A DNA stretch of 64,000 nucleotides, from assembly GCF_004010195.1 (NCBI RefSeq), contig NC_057714.1, forward strand, positions 117,620,638 through 117,684,637, written 5' to 3'. A program made the translations under genes and the position numbers. Shown here in pieces: positions 1-11,310 of the stretch. Origin of the DNA: Chiloscyllium plagiosum. Its lineage: Eukaryota. Below the pieces are notes generated by a model, which searched no databases, was not told the origin of the DNA, and saw only the letters and a program-made list of their open reading frames with translations. Each line of letters opens with the position of its first letter. The stretch's first letter is position 1.

Positions 1-325
1 TCAGATTTCTCCAGTTTCCTCATTTCCCCTCCCCCCACCTTGTCTCAGTCAAATCCCTCGAACTCAGCACCGCCTTCCTAACCTGCAATCTTCTTCCTGA
101 CCACTCCGGCCTATCACCCTCACCTTGACCTCGTTCCACCTATCGCATTTCCAACGCCCCTCCCCCAAGTCCCTCCTCCCTACCTTTTATCTTACCCTGC
201 TGGACACACTTTCCTCATTCCTGAAGAAGGGCTTATTCTCCTGTTCTCCAGATGCTGCCTGACCTGCGCTTTTCCAGCAACACATTTTCAGCTCTGATCT
301 CCAGCATCTGCAGTCCTCACTTTTT
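1..325 (+). mobile_element. Penelope-like element 3' end (pLTR); hammerhead core partly deleted
   Basis: Matches the sequence that follows the GIY-YIG C-terminus at 24855-24960 (gatttc.ccagtttcctcatttcccct) and ends in the same tail as other copies (gatgctgcctgacctg...cagcatctgcagtcctcacttt). CTGAAGAAGGGCTTA at 221-235 lacks the GCCCGAAACGTC half. Confidence 0.7.
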
Positions 326-1649
326 TCCACTATGTTTGATCCCTTTGTTGATTAAAATTGGTCACATTTCTCCAGTGTTGCTGAAAATCTGGGGGGGGAG
401 GGGTAACAATTCTGTATAAAATTTCAATAAGATTTGATAGAAAGGCCAAAGCATCTAAGACTTTGGTTTCAGTTTGTACCCTACTGAGTTTGAAGGCCTT
501 AGCAAGAAAAATGAAAACCACAGCAATGTGTTTCTTTGCCAATCTGGCCCCTACATTCAGTTAGACAGGGAGAGTCATGTTTTGTTGACCTTCTAGCAAT
601 AAAACGTTACTGCTTCATCTGAACATTGATGGCTTTAGAGTATCCATCAGATGGGATCACTAGTAATTGGTCTCTTGCTATCAGCCTCCAACTTTGGGAG
701 TAAGATGGTCCTGCAAGCTTTAACGTTATTAGGAGTTGTGCTGGTCGTCAACCGAAGTGTAAAATACTGAGCTAACCGTGGGGTTAGCATTCCTAAAAGC
801 TGACAGTTCTGCTACACTGGATTTTTGTCAGTTCTCTGATATCATGTGCAAAGTTGATATGGTAACTTGCTTTAGCAAACTTAGTAACGTCTGGTTTATT
901 ACATGAGCGAGACCATTTTTCCAACTCTGTATTGGATAGAGTGCCCTTAATTTTATCAGGGCAGTCAAAAACTTCACTAACTTTTCAAATGCACTTGTGT
1001 AATTTTGTAAGCCAATTTTTTTTATAATATGTTTGCTGCTGGCGTTAGTTTGTATTTTTTTTTGGTTTGTTGCCCTTTTAGCTAATTTTTAGCTGCCTGT
1101 TTCCCTGTAACATTCTTTTACACAATTAGTTTGTATATGCCATCGATGTTATACAAATGACCAACATTTTTATTATTAATCATACCTTGTAGAATGTCTA
1201 GGAGTTTTCAAATATTCTATTCAGTCCTAATCTTTCAGTTCCTAACTATCTGGTATGGCTTTGGTAAACCTATTATCCATATCTACATCCAAAATTCTTT
1301 TAATTTTATCAATCTCCTCCTCCTCTAAATCTTTATTGTAGGCAACTATTGGACTGTACATAACGATTTCAGCTTTTGACTGAAATGTCGATTCTCTTGC
1401 TCCTCTGATGCTGTCTGACCTGCTGTGCTTTACCAGCACCACTCTAATCTTGATTATGGCTTCAGTCCCAATGGATTTATCCTTTAGGGTAAGCTATTCA
1501 GCTGACCTCTTGTTAGAAATCTGTTTTGTGAATCTCCGTTTGTAATTTGTTGAAGACCATGAATTGTTTTTCTAATTCTGAAATTTGACTTCAACAGAAC
1601 CGAAGGGTGGTTTGGTTTCCTCCTGCATCCATGTTGATCTTTTAAGATT

Positions 1650-1775
1650 CGGAGATGCCAGTGTTGGACTGGGGTGTACAAAGTTAAAAATCACACAACA
1701 CCAGGTTATAGTCCAACAGGTTTAATTGGAAGCACACTAGCTTTCGGAGCGACGCTCCTTCATCAGGTGATTGTC
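1650..1775 (-). mobile_element. Penelope-like pLTR fragment with intact minimal hammerhead motif
   Basis: Reverse complement of about 1733-1770 reads CAC-CTGATGA-A-GGAGC-gtc-GCTCC-GAAA-GCTA-GTG. Same family as 15268-15509 and 58748-59140. Confidence 0.75.
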
Positions 1776-1856
1776 TTCTATGGTGCATTCTACGGTGCAT
1801 CTATTACAGTTGGTGAAGGTCATTGAGTCATAGAGATGTACAGCATGGAAATAGAC

Positions 1857-1972
1857 CCTTCGGTCCAACTCTGGATTAGTGGTGCTGGAAGAGCACAGCA
1901 ATTCAGGCAGCATCCGAGGAGCTTCAAAATCGACGTTTCGGGCAAAAGCCCTTCATACCTTCGGTCCAACTC
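1857..1972 (-). mobile_element. Short Penelope-like insertion into a CR1 tail, 15-bp TSD
   Basis: CCTTCGGTCCAACTC is duplicated at 1857-1871 and 1958-1972. The insert reads ATGAAGGGCTTTTGCCCGAAACGTCGA on the minus strand. Confidence 0.75.
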
Positions 1973-2054
1973 ATCCATGCTGACTAGATATCCCAACTTA
2001 ATCTAGTCCCACCTGGCCCATATCCCCCAAAACCTTCCTATTCATATAGCCATC

Positions 2055-2620
2055 CCTGGTCCTTATGGACTTACTGAATTTCCTTAGGCTCCTGAGGAGG
2101 AAAATCATTGGTGCCTTCTTGACCATCACATCTGCATGGGAGGTCCAGGATAGACTATTGCTGATCGTCACTCCGAGGGACTTGATGCTCTCGACCCTCT
2201 CCACTCTTCTGCTTGCTCCCTGAAGTTGATTCTCAGCTCTTTTATTTTGCTGTTGTTATCTTTGCACCATGACACCAAGCATTCTCTCTTGTTCCTGTAT
2301 TGTTTTGTCATTGTTTGATGTCTGGCCTACAATGGTGGTGGTATCAGTGAAGTTGTAGGTAGAGTTTGAATGGGATTCGGTCACCACAGTTGTGAATGTA
2401 CAGTGAGGAGCTGAGTATGTATCCTTGCAGGACGCCAGTGTTGAGGATCATCATCAAGGAAGTGTTGTTACCTATGTTTACTGATTGATTGCGGTCTATG
2501 GGTCAGGAAGCAGAGGATCCAGTTGCAGAGGGCAGAGCTGAGAACTAGATCTGAGTTTGGACAGTAGTTTGATTAGGATTATAGCTTGAAGATGGAGCTG
2601 TTATCGATAAATTGATACTC
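2055..2620 (-). mobile_element. Degenerate Rex1/Babar-type LINE RT fragment
   Basis: Translation ERVESIKSLGVTISNSLSWTSH..VKKA..FLLRSLRKF, homologous to the 6990-8070 copy. Confidence 0.6.
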
Positions 2621-3056
2621 AGCCAAGTCTGCATCCAATTAGCCAAATTTCCATGGGCTCGTACCCTCATTATCAGTCTCCCTTGCAGGACATTATCAAA
2701 AGCCTTGCTGAAGTTCAATGAGACTATGTCAAAAGCATTGCCCTCTTATGCATACCTGGTCACCTTTTTTTTTTCAAACAATTAAATTAAGATGGTCAAA
2801 CATCACCTCCTGTAACAAAATCCATGCTGAATGTCTTTGATTAATCCCTGCTTCTCCGAATGAAGATTAATTGTCAGAATATCTTCCAGTAGTTTTCCCC
2901 ATCACTGAGGTTAGACTGACTTGTGTTGACTGGTTCAGAGAATCTCTGCGACTCACGTGACTGATAAATGTGAAATGATTTTGACATGCAGAAAGAACTA
3001 TGTACACAAGCCAGCAGTCAGTGAAACACTCAACTTTATTTGAAGACAACAAACGA

Positions 3057-3640
3057 ATTGTGTTTAAAAGTAGGGAGGTTATATTGCAGCTGTCTAAGGT
3101 GCTGGTGAGGCCACACCTGCAGTACTGTGTGCAGTTTTGGTTTCCTTACTTGGGAAAGGACGTACTGGCACTGGAAGAGGTTCATTCGGTTGATTCTGGG
3201 GTGAGGGGTTTGGCTAATGAGAGTCTGAGTAGACTGGGATAATATTCATTGGAATTTAGAAGAATGAGAGAGGATCTTGTACAAACATAAAAAATTATGA
3301 AGGGAATAGATACGATAGAAGTAGAGAGAATGTTTCCACTGGTGGGTGAAACTAGGACAAGAGGGCATAACCTCAAGATTAAAGAGAGCAGATTTAGCAC
3401 TGAATTGAGAAGGAACTTCTTCACCAGTGGATTGTGAATTTATAGAATTCCCTGCCCAGTGAAGTCGTTGAGGTTTCCTCAGTAAAAGTTTTTTTAAATC
3501 TAAGTTTTTGAACAGTAAAGGAATTGAGGGTTATAGTGAGAGGGTGGGTAGGTGAAGCTGAGGCCATGAAAAGATCAGCCATGATCTTATTAAATGGCGG
3601 AGCAGGGTCAAAGGACCAGATGGCCTACTCATGCTCCTAG
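3057..3640 (+). mobile_element. CR1 LINE 3' fragment
   Basis: KSREVILQLSKVLVRPHLQYCVQFWFPYLGKDVLALE, typical of the CR1 ORF2 C-terminus, followed by a 3' UTR. Confidence 0.85.
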
Positions 3641-3644
3641 TTCT

Positions 3645-4110
3645 TAGTCATAGAGATGTACAGCATGGAAACAGACCCTTCGGTCCAACCCGTCCATGCC
3701 GACCAGATATCCCAACCCAATCTAGTCCCACCTGCCAGCACCCGGCCCATATCCCTCCAAACCCTTCCTATTCATATACCCATCNNNNNNNNNNNNNNNN
3801 NNNNNNNNNNNNNNNNNNNNNNNNNNNNNNNNNNNNNNNNNNNNNNNNNNNNNNNNNNNNNNNNNNNNNNNNNNNNNNNNNNNNNNNNNNNNNNNNNNTA
3901 AATCTTTTCTGAACCCTTTCAAGTTTCACAACATCTTTCCAATAGGGAGGAGACCAGAATTGCACGCAATATTCCAACAGTGGCCTAACCAATGTCCTGT
4001 ACAGCCGTAACATGACCTCCCAACTCCTGTACTCAAAACACTGACCAATAAAGTAAAGCATAACAAACACCACCTTCACTATCCTATCTACCTGCGACTC
4101 CACTTGCGCA
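3645..4110 (-). mobile_element. CR1 (HER1-like) LINE 3' fragment containing an N gap
   Basis: LRLYRTLVRPLLEYCVQFWSPPYWKDVVKLERVQKRF on the minus strand; tail ...ctgtacatctctatgact. Confidence 0.85.
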
Positions 4111-4780
4111 GTGACTCCACCAGCTATGGTATTGGCTCCCAATCCACTCTGGTTAGGTGATATCTGACTTTATTTTATTAAAATTCCCTCCTGCCCCCTG
4201 ACCCCAACCCCTCCGACCCTAACCCCAACCCTTAGTTCAGTAGTTCCATCTCTGGCCCATCCTTACCATTTTCCATAATATTTTTGAATCTAAAAGAGTT
4301 ATGATGGCTGTGTGCACATGCTCCCCCACTGATCCTTCAGCCACTTGCCCAGCTACATTACCTGAAGTTAAACCCAGGGCTATCCCCTCTCTTGTAGGGC
4401 GCTCTAGATTTATCAAGCATGATTTACCTTTTGTAAGCCATGCTGATTTGTCTGATTTTTACCACTATTTTCTATGCTGTTAATAAAATCCTTGATAATG
4501 GACTCTAGCATCTTCACCACTACCAGTGTCAGACTTACTGGTTTATAATTGCCTGTTTTCACCATCCTGACTTAGAAATAGTTTGCTGTTCCTTCAGAGT
4601 CATTAGGATTAAATCATAGAACTCCCTCCCAAAAGACAGCACATGTACTGCAGTGGTTCAAGAAGGTAGATCAACACTTTTGTTCTGAGGTAGGGTCAGC
4701 AGCCACCATAAGACCATTTTTTTTTTAAAAAAAAGAGAGTAAGCCATTCGGCCCCTCAATAGGAGCAGGGCTGTCCCAAC

Positions 4781-5033
4781 GATAGATAGATAGATTACTT
4801 AGTGTGGAAACCGGCCCTTCGGCCCAACAAGTCTACACTGACCCTCCAAAGAGTAACCCACCCAGACCCATTCCCCTACAGGCAATTTAGCATGGCCAAT
4901 TCACCTAACCTGCACACCTTTGGATTGTGGGAGGAAACAAAAACCCATGCAAACTCCACACAGACTGTTGCCTGAGGTAGGAATTGAACCTGGGTCTTTG
5001 GCGCTGTGAGGCAGCAGTGCTAGCCACCGTGCC
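4781..5033 (-). mobile_element. HE1-type tRNA-derived V-SINE
   Basis: Minus strand has a tRNA-like head (GGCACGGTGGCTAGCACTGCTGCCTCACAGCGCC...GGTTCAATTCC), a V-domain and a CR1-derived tail with (ATCT)n. Confidence 0.8.
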
Positions 5034-5211
5034 CCCCACTAACATTCCCCACCTCTACATTCCTGCTCTTTCACTGTAACCAATTTTCCCTTTTCTGCAC
5101 AAATACCCCCAGGTTCCGTTTTGATTTGCAGCTTTTCTCCATTTTAAATAATAGTACTTTATTCTTCCTTCCTAAGGATCAACAAATCTCTTTCAGCTTT
5201 AAATATACATG

Positions 5212-5433
5212 ATATGGAGGTGCCGGTGTTGGACTGGAAGGATAAGGTCAGAAGTCTCACAACACCAAGTTATAGTCCAGCGGGTCTATTGGAAATCACA
5301 AGCTTTCAGTGTTGCCCCTTCGTCAGCTGAACTGAAGTGATCACGTCACCTAATGAAGGGGCAGTGCTCTGAAAACTTGTGATTTCAAATAAACCGCTTG
5401 GACTAGAACTGGTGTCGTGTGCCTTTTGACTTT
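5212..5433. mobile_element. Inverted pair of Penelope-like pLTR ends with degenerate hammerheads
   Basis: The arms are reverse complements (acaacaccaagttatagtccagcggg / accgcttggactagaactggtgtcgt). Central CTAATGAAGGGGCAGTGCTCTGAAAACTTG. Confidence 0.65.
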
Positions 5434-5929
5434 AAATATACACAAGGACTTTGCTATAGAGAGCTATGGGGGCGGGTCATGGATTCCAAAGATACTCAAG
5501 TCTCAGAAGAAATTCCTTCCTCATCTGAGTCTTAAACTAATGTCCCTCAATTCTGAGATTATAAGACTCTCCAATGAGGGGAAACATCCTCTCAGCATTT
5601 GTCCCTTTATGAATTCTATATGTCTCAACAAGATCTTCTAAAGCCCAATGAGTGGAGTTGAACTTCTAATCATAAGACAATTCCTCCTTTTTATTTTAAA
5701 AAAATTCATTCATGAGATGACAGTGTCACTGGTGGGGCCAGCATTTATTGTCCATCTCTAATTGCCCAGAGGGCAGTTAAGAGTCAACCACATTGCTGTG
5801 GGTCTGGAGTCACATGTAGGCCAAACCAGGTAAGGATGACAGTTTCCTTCCCTGAAGAACATTAGTGAAACAGATGGGTTTTTCAGACTATCAACAATGG
5901 AACATGTTTGTCATTAGACGCTTAATGCT

Positions 5930-6500
5930 TCCGAGACTTTATAAAGCTCCACTTAGGCCCCATTTAGAATTCTGTGTCTAATTTTGGGCCCCACACCTCA
6001 GGAAGGCCATACTAGCACTGGAAGATGTCCAGTGGAGATTCACATGGATGACCCATGGAATGGTAGGCTTAACATATGACGAATAGCTGAGGATTCTGGG
6101 ATTGTATTCATTAGAATTCAGAAGGTTGAGGGGAGATCTAATAGAAACTTACAAGACAATGCGTGCCTTAGAAAGGGTGGATGCTGGGAAGTTGTTTCCG
6201 TTAGGTGGGAGACGAGGACCCGTGGGCACAGCCTTTGAATTTGGTGGGGTCAATTTAGCACAGAAATGAGATATTTCTTCAAAGTGTGGTGGGCCTGTGG
6301 AATTCATTGCCATGGAGTGCAGTGGAGGCCAGGACATTAAATGTTTTCAAGGTAGAGATGGATAAATTCTTTTCTCAAGGGATAGGGGGAGAGTGCAGGT
6401 AAGTGGAGTTGAAATGCCCATCAGCCACGGTTAAATGGCAGAGTGGAACTTGATGGGCCAAATGGCCTTATTTCCACTCTTATGTCTTATGGTCTTAATT
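5930..6500 (+). mobile_element. CR1 LINE 3' fragment nested in a minus-strand SINE (about 5700-6600)
   Basis: ttaggccccatttagaattctgtgtc...ttttgggccccacacctcaggaagg is CR1 ORF2-like. The flanks resemble the SINE at 32460-32780. Confidence 0.65.
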
Positions 6501-6989
6501 CCAGACTGTTATTGAATTCCAATTCCGTACTGGGATTTGATTCTGGGTCCCCACAACAATACTTGGTTCTCTGGATTTACAGTCCAGTGGTAATACCTTC
6601 CCCCTGCTGGCGATCATTCTGCTGAGCTTACACTGAGCTGCTTCCTACGAAACATTACCTGTCATAGAGATGTATGGCATGGAAACAGAACCTTCGGTTC
6701 AACTCTTCCGTGCTGACCAGATATCCCAACCTAATCTAGTCCCATTGGCCAACACTTGACCCAAATCCCTCTAAACCCTTTCTATTCATGCACCCATCCA
6801 GATGCCTTTTAAATGTTGCAATTGTACCAGCTTCCATCAGTTCCTCTGGCATCTCATTCTATACATGCACCACCTTCTGTATGAAAAGGTTGCACCTTGA
6901 GACCAAAACTGCTGTCAGTACTCCCACATGTGGTCACACCAGCACCTTGTACAGATACAATAAGACTTCCCTACTCTTTGTACTCACTA

Positions 6990-8070
6990 TATACCCATGA
7001 CTGCGTTGCCAAACACCAGCCTACTGCCGTTTACACATTCACTGATGACACCACCATAGTTGGTTGAATCTCAGATGATGGGGAAACAGACTACAGGTGG
7101 AAGACCTGGAAAAATGGTGCCCTGAGAACAATCTAGCTTTCAATGCTGGCAAAACCAAGAAACTCATTATTGACTTTCGGCAGGATGTTACTCATACCCC
7201 CCCTACACATTAACAGTGGAGAGTGTCAAGCTCCTGGGAGTGGTCATCCACAACAAGCTTTCTTGGCCTCTTCATGTGGATGCACTGGTTACAAAGGCCC
7301 AACAACGCCTCTTCTTCCTCAGGCAGCTGAGGAAACTTGGCATGATGGCAAATACCCTTGCCAACTTTTATAGGTGCCATCAAGAGCATTCTGTCTGGAT
7401 GTATCACTACCTGGTATGAAAATGTGTTGCTGGAAAAGCGCAGCAGGTCAGGCAGCATCCAAGGAGCAGGAGAATCGACGTTTCGGGCATGAGCCCTTCT
7501 TCCTGAAGAAGGGTTCATGCCCGAAACGTCGAATCTCCTGCTCCTTGGATGCTGCCTGACCTGCGCTTTTCCGCCAACACATTTTCAGCTCTGATCTCCA
7601 GCATCTGCAGTGCTCACTTTCTCCTCACTACCTGGTATGGCAACTGTACCATTCAAGATCGGAGACGGTTACAGAGAGTGATGAACACAGCCCGGACAAT
7701 CACAAAGGCCAACCTCCCATCTATAGAATCCCTCTACCAGGCCCGCTGTCAAGGAAAGGCCGCCAGCATTCTCAAAGATCCATCCCACCCTGGCAATGTT
7801 TTTCTACAACCTCTACCATCGGGGAACAAGTACAGAAGCCTGAACACACACACCAGCCGGTTTCGAAACAGTTTCTAGTCAACTGTTGTTAGAATACTGA
7901 ATGGACTCTCAAACTCTTAACATTCACCCGTACCTGTGTTTTGGTTTTTGCTGCTGTTTACCTATCATTTACTTATCCATGCTACTTAACTCTGTCTTGC
8001 AAGCAATACAGGCTGATCACAAAGTTTTTCACTGTGCCTCGGTACACGTGACAATAAATTCAATTCAATT
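6990..8070 (+). mobile_element. Rex1/Babar-type LINE 3' fragment interrupted by a Penelope-like hairpin
   Basis: FTDDTTIVG, ESVKLLGVVIHNKLSW, KAQQRLFFLRQLRKL, TTWYGNCT, SILKDPSHPG..FLQPLPSG..YRSL...TSRFRNSF; tail aataaattcaattcaattc. Confidence 0.8.
7404..7639. mobile_element. Palindromic Penelope-like insertion with hammerhead core, 15-bp TSD
   Basis: TCACTACCTGGTATG at 7404-7418 and 7625-7639. Near-perfect inverted arms centred near 7501. CTGAAGA-A-GGGT-tcat-GCCC-GAAAC-GTC at 7503-7530. Confidence 0.85.
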
Positions 8071-8072
8071 CC

Positions 8073-8237
8073 ATTAGATTAGATTACATTACAGTGTGGA
8101 AACAGGCCCTTTGGCCCAACAAGTCCACACCGACCCGCCGAAGCGCAACCCACCCATACCCCTACATTTACCCCTTANNNNNNNNNNNNGGAAACCCACG
8201 CAGACACGGGGAGAATGTGCAAACTCCACACAGTCTT
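8073..8237 (-). mobile_element. HE1-type V-SINE, partial, with small N gap
   Basis: Same tail and V-domain as 9334-9640. Confidence 0.75.
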
Positions 8238-9049
8238 CCTCATTACCTGTTGCACCTGTGCCAGCTGTCTGTTTTCTTTCTAAGTAACTCAAGTCCCTTT
8301 GAATTGCAGTTTTTTTTCCACTTCAAATAATAGTTCTTTCATTCTTCCTTTCAAAATGAACAACTTCACATTTTTGCACATTATACTCCATTTGCCAAAT
8401 GTTGCCACTAAATCTATCAATATGTCTCTTGCAACCTACCTTTCCACCAATTTTTGTTATCTGTGCCTCTCGCTACACTACATTTACTTTCTGTCCTCTG
8501 AGTCATGAAATACACAAAGTTGTGGTCCCAGCACTGATCCCTGTGGAATTCCACTGGTTCCTGAAAGAAAGCCCCCCCCCTTATCCCCAATCACCGATTC
8601 CTGTCCATTAGCCAATTCTCTATCTATGCCAATATACTACCTTCAACACCGTGGGGTCTAAGTCTTTAACTTGTCATAAGGTCCCAGAACCCAATCTGGA
8701 AGTCCAAATGCTACACATCTACTCATTCCCCTCTATCCACTCTGATCGAGACTTCCTGAAAACATTCTAATAAATTAGTCAGACACTATTTCTCTAGATG
8801 AAAACATGCTCATTCTGCAAATGTTCTCCTCTTACTAACTTAATGATCGATTCCAACACTTGTCCAGCCCTTTTGGGCTAATTGACCTGTAGTTACCTAA
8901 TTTTTGCCTCTTTCTTTTGGAATATGTGTGTCACATCAGTTTTCCAGTCTGTTGGGACTTCTTCAGCATCCAATGACTTTTGGAAAATTAATGGCTGTGT
9001 CCAGTCTGACCAAGTGAAATTTTACCTTTTCAGGACCATTATGCTAGTC

Positions 9050-11310
9050 CCTGATGTAAGGGTGCTGTATAAATGAACAGTTGTTGTCGCTGCTGCAGCT
9101 TCTCCTGCTCGCAGTGAACTCAGGGTCAGGTGAAGGACCAGGGCCTCACTAAAGGTGCTGTATAAATGAAGTTGTTGTTGTTGCTGCAGCACCAGCTCAC
9201 ACTGTGCCCAGAAGCAGGCTGAAGCTCACTAAAGGTGCTGTATAAATGAACAGCAGTTGTTGTTGTACCAGTTCCTGCTCACACTGTGCCCAGGGAGCGG
9301 GCTGAGGCTCACGAAAGGTGCTGTATAAATGAAGATTACTTGCTTGCTTACAGTGTTGAAACAGGCCCTTCGGCCCAACAAGTCCACACCGACCCGCCGA
9401 AGCGCAACCCACCCAGACCCATTCCCCTACGTTTACCCCATCACCTAATACTACGGGCAATTTAGCATGGCCAATTCACCTGACCTGCACATTCTTGGAT
9501 TGTGGGAGGAAACTGGAGCACCCGGAGGAAACCCACGCAGACACAGGGAGAATGTGCAAACTCCAGACAGAGTCGCCTGAGGTGGGAATTGAACTCGGGT
9601 CTCTGGCGCTGTGAGGCAGCAGTGCTAACCACTGTGCACCCATAAAAGCAGGAGATTGACTTCATTCTGCTCTGCTCTAGCAAACTGCAGTTGCAGGCTA
9701 AGGAAGGCAGTCCGTTTTGCCACAGGGGCATTTCCATTTGCTCTATTCATTCACAGAATGAGAGCAAAGGTGGCTGGCCCAGCATTTATTGCCTCTGTCT
9801 CAAGAGTAGTTGTTGTTGTACCAATTCCTGCTCATACTGTGCCCAGGGGCCGGGCCGAGGCTCACGAAAGGTGCTGTATAAATGAATAGTAGTTGTTGTT
9901 GTAGTACCAGCCACTGCCCACACTGTGGCGGGCTGAGGCTCTCTAAAGGTGCTGTATAAATGAACAGTAGTTGTTGTTGTAGTACCAGTCCCTGCTCACA
10001 CTGTGCCCAGGGGGCGGACTGAGGCTCACTAAAGGTGCTGTATAAATGAACAGTAGTTGTTGTTGTAGTATCAGTCCCTGCCCACACTGTGCCCAGGGGG
10101 CGGGCCGAGGCTCACTAAAGGTGCTGTATAAATGAACAGTAGTTGTTGTTGTAGTACCAGCCCCTGCCCACACTGTGCCCAGGGGGCGGGCTGAGGCTCT
10201 CTAAAGGTGCTGTATAAATGAACATTAGTTGTTGTTGTAGTACCAGTCCCTGCTCACACTGTACCCAGGGGGTGGGCTGAGGCTCACTAAAGGTGCTGTA
10301 TAAATGAACAGTAGTTGTTGTTGTAGTATCAGTCCCTGCCCACACTGTGCCCGGGGGGGGCGCACTGAGGCTCACGAAAGGTGCTGTATAAATGAACAGT
10401 AGTTGTTGTTGTAGTATCAGACCCTGCCCACACTGTGCCCAGGGGGCGGGCTGAGGCTCACGAAAGGTGCTGTATAAATGAACAGTAGTTGTTGTTGTAG
10501 TATCAGTCCCTCCCCACACTGTGCCCGGAGGGCGGGCCGAGGCTCACTAAAGCTGCTGTATAAATGAACAGTAGTTGTTGTTGTAGTACCAGCCCCTGCC
10601 CACACTGTGCCCAGGGGGCGGGCTGAGGCTCACTAAAGGTGCTGTATAAATGAACAGTAGTTGTTGTAGTACCAGTCCCTGCCCACACTGTGCCCAGGGG
10701 GCGGGCTGAGGCTCACTAAAGGTGCTGTATAAATGAACAGTAGTTGTTGTTGTAGTACCAGCCCCTGCCCACACTGTGCCCATGGGGCGGGCTGAGGCTC
10801 ACTAAAGGTGCTGTATAAATGAACAGTAGTTGTTGTTGTAATACCAGCCCCTGCCCACACTGTGCCCAGGGTACGGGCTGAGGCTCACTAAAGGTGCTGT
10901 ATAAATGAACAGTAGTTGTTGTTGTAGTATCAGTCCCTGCCCACACTGTGCCCAGGGCGCGGGCTGAGGCTCACTAAAGGTGCTGTATAAATGAACAGTA
11001 GTTGTTGTTGTAGTACCAGCCCCTGCCCACACTGTGCCCAGGGGGCGGGCTGAGGCTCACTAAAGGTGCTGTATAAATGAACAGTAGTTGTTGTTGTTGT
11101 ACCAGCCCCTGCCCACACTGTGCCCAGGGGGCGGGCTGAGGCTCACTAAAGGTGCTGTATAAATGAACAGTAGTTGTTGTAGTACCAGCCCCTGCCCACA
11201 CTGTGCCCAGGGGGCGGGCTGAGGCTCACTAAAGGTGCTGTATAAATGGACAGTAGTTGTTGTTGTAGTACCAGCCCCTGCCCACACTGTGCCCAGGGGG
11301 CGGGCTGAGG
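9050..11310 (+). repeat. 86-bp (83-88) tandem array abutting the RECQL4 promoter
   Basis: Unit AAAGGTGCTGTATAAATGAACAGTAG(TTG)nTAGTACCAGCCCCTGCCCACACTGTGCCCAGGGGGCGGGCTGAGGCTCACT. 17 units counted between 9867 and 11310, plus 4 diverged units at about 9058, 9151, 9231 and 9314. Confidence 0.95.
9334..9640 (-). mobile_element. HE1-type V-SINE inserted inside the 86-bp array
   Basis: Full head-V-domain-tail structure. It interrupts a unit after TATAAATGAA and the array resumes near 9805. Confidence 0.85.

Noticed and set aside
9570-9640. tRNA gene (A- and B-box-like motifs on the minus strand)
   Set aside because: This is the tRNA-derived head of a SINE, continuous with the V-domain and tail, and no full cloverleaf is evident.
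9800-11310. CRISPR-like appearance and many repeated short ORFs (TTTTTVHLYSTF, QQQLLFIYTAP)
   Set aside because: There are no unique spacers and no cas genes; whole units repeat. The ORFs are by-products of an 86-bp period that is not a multiple of three.
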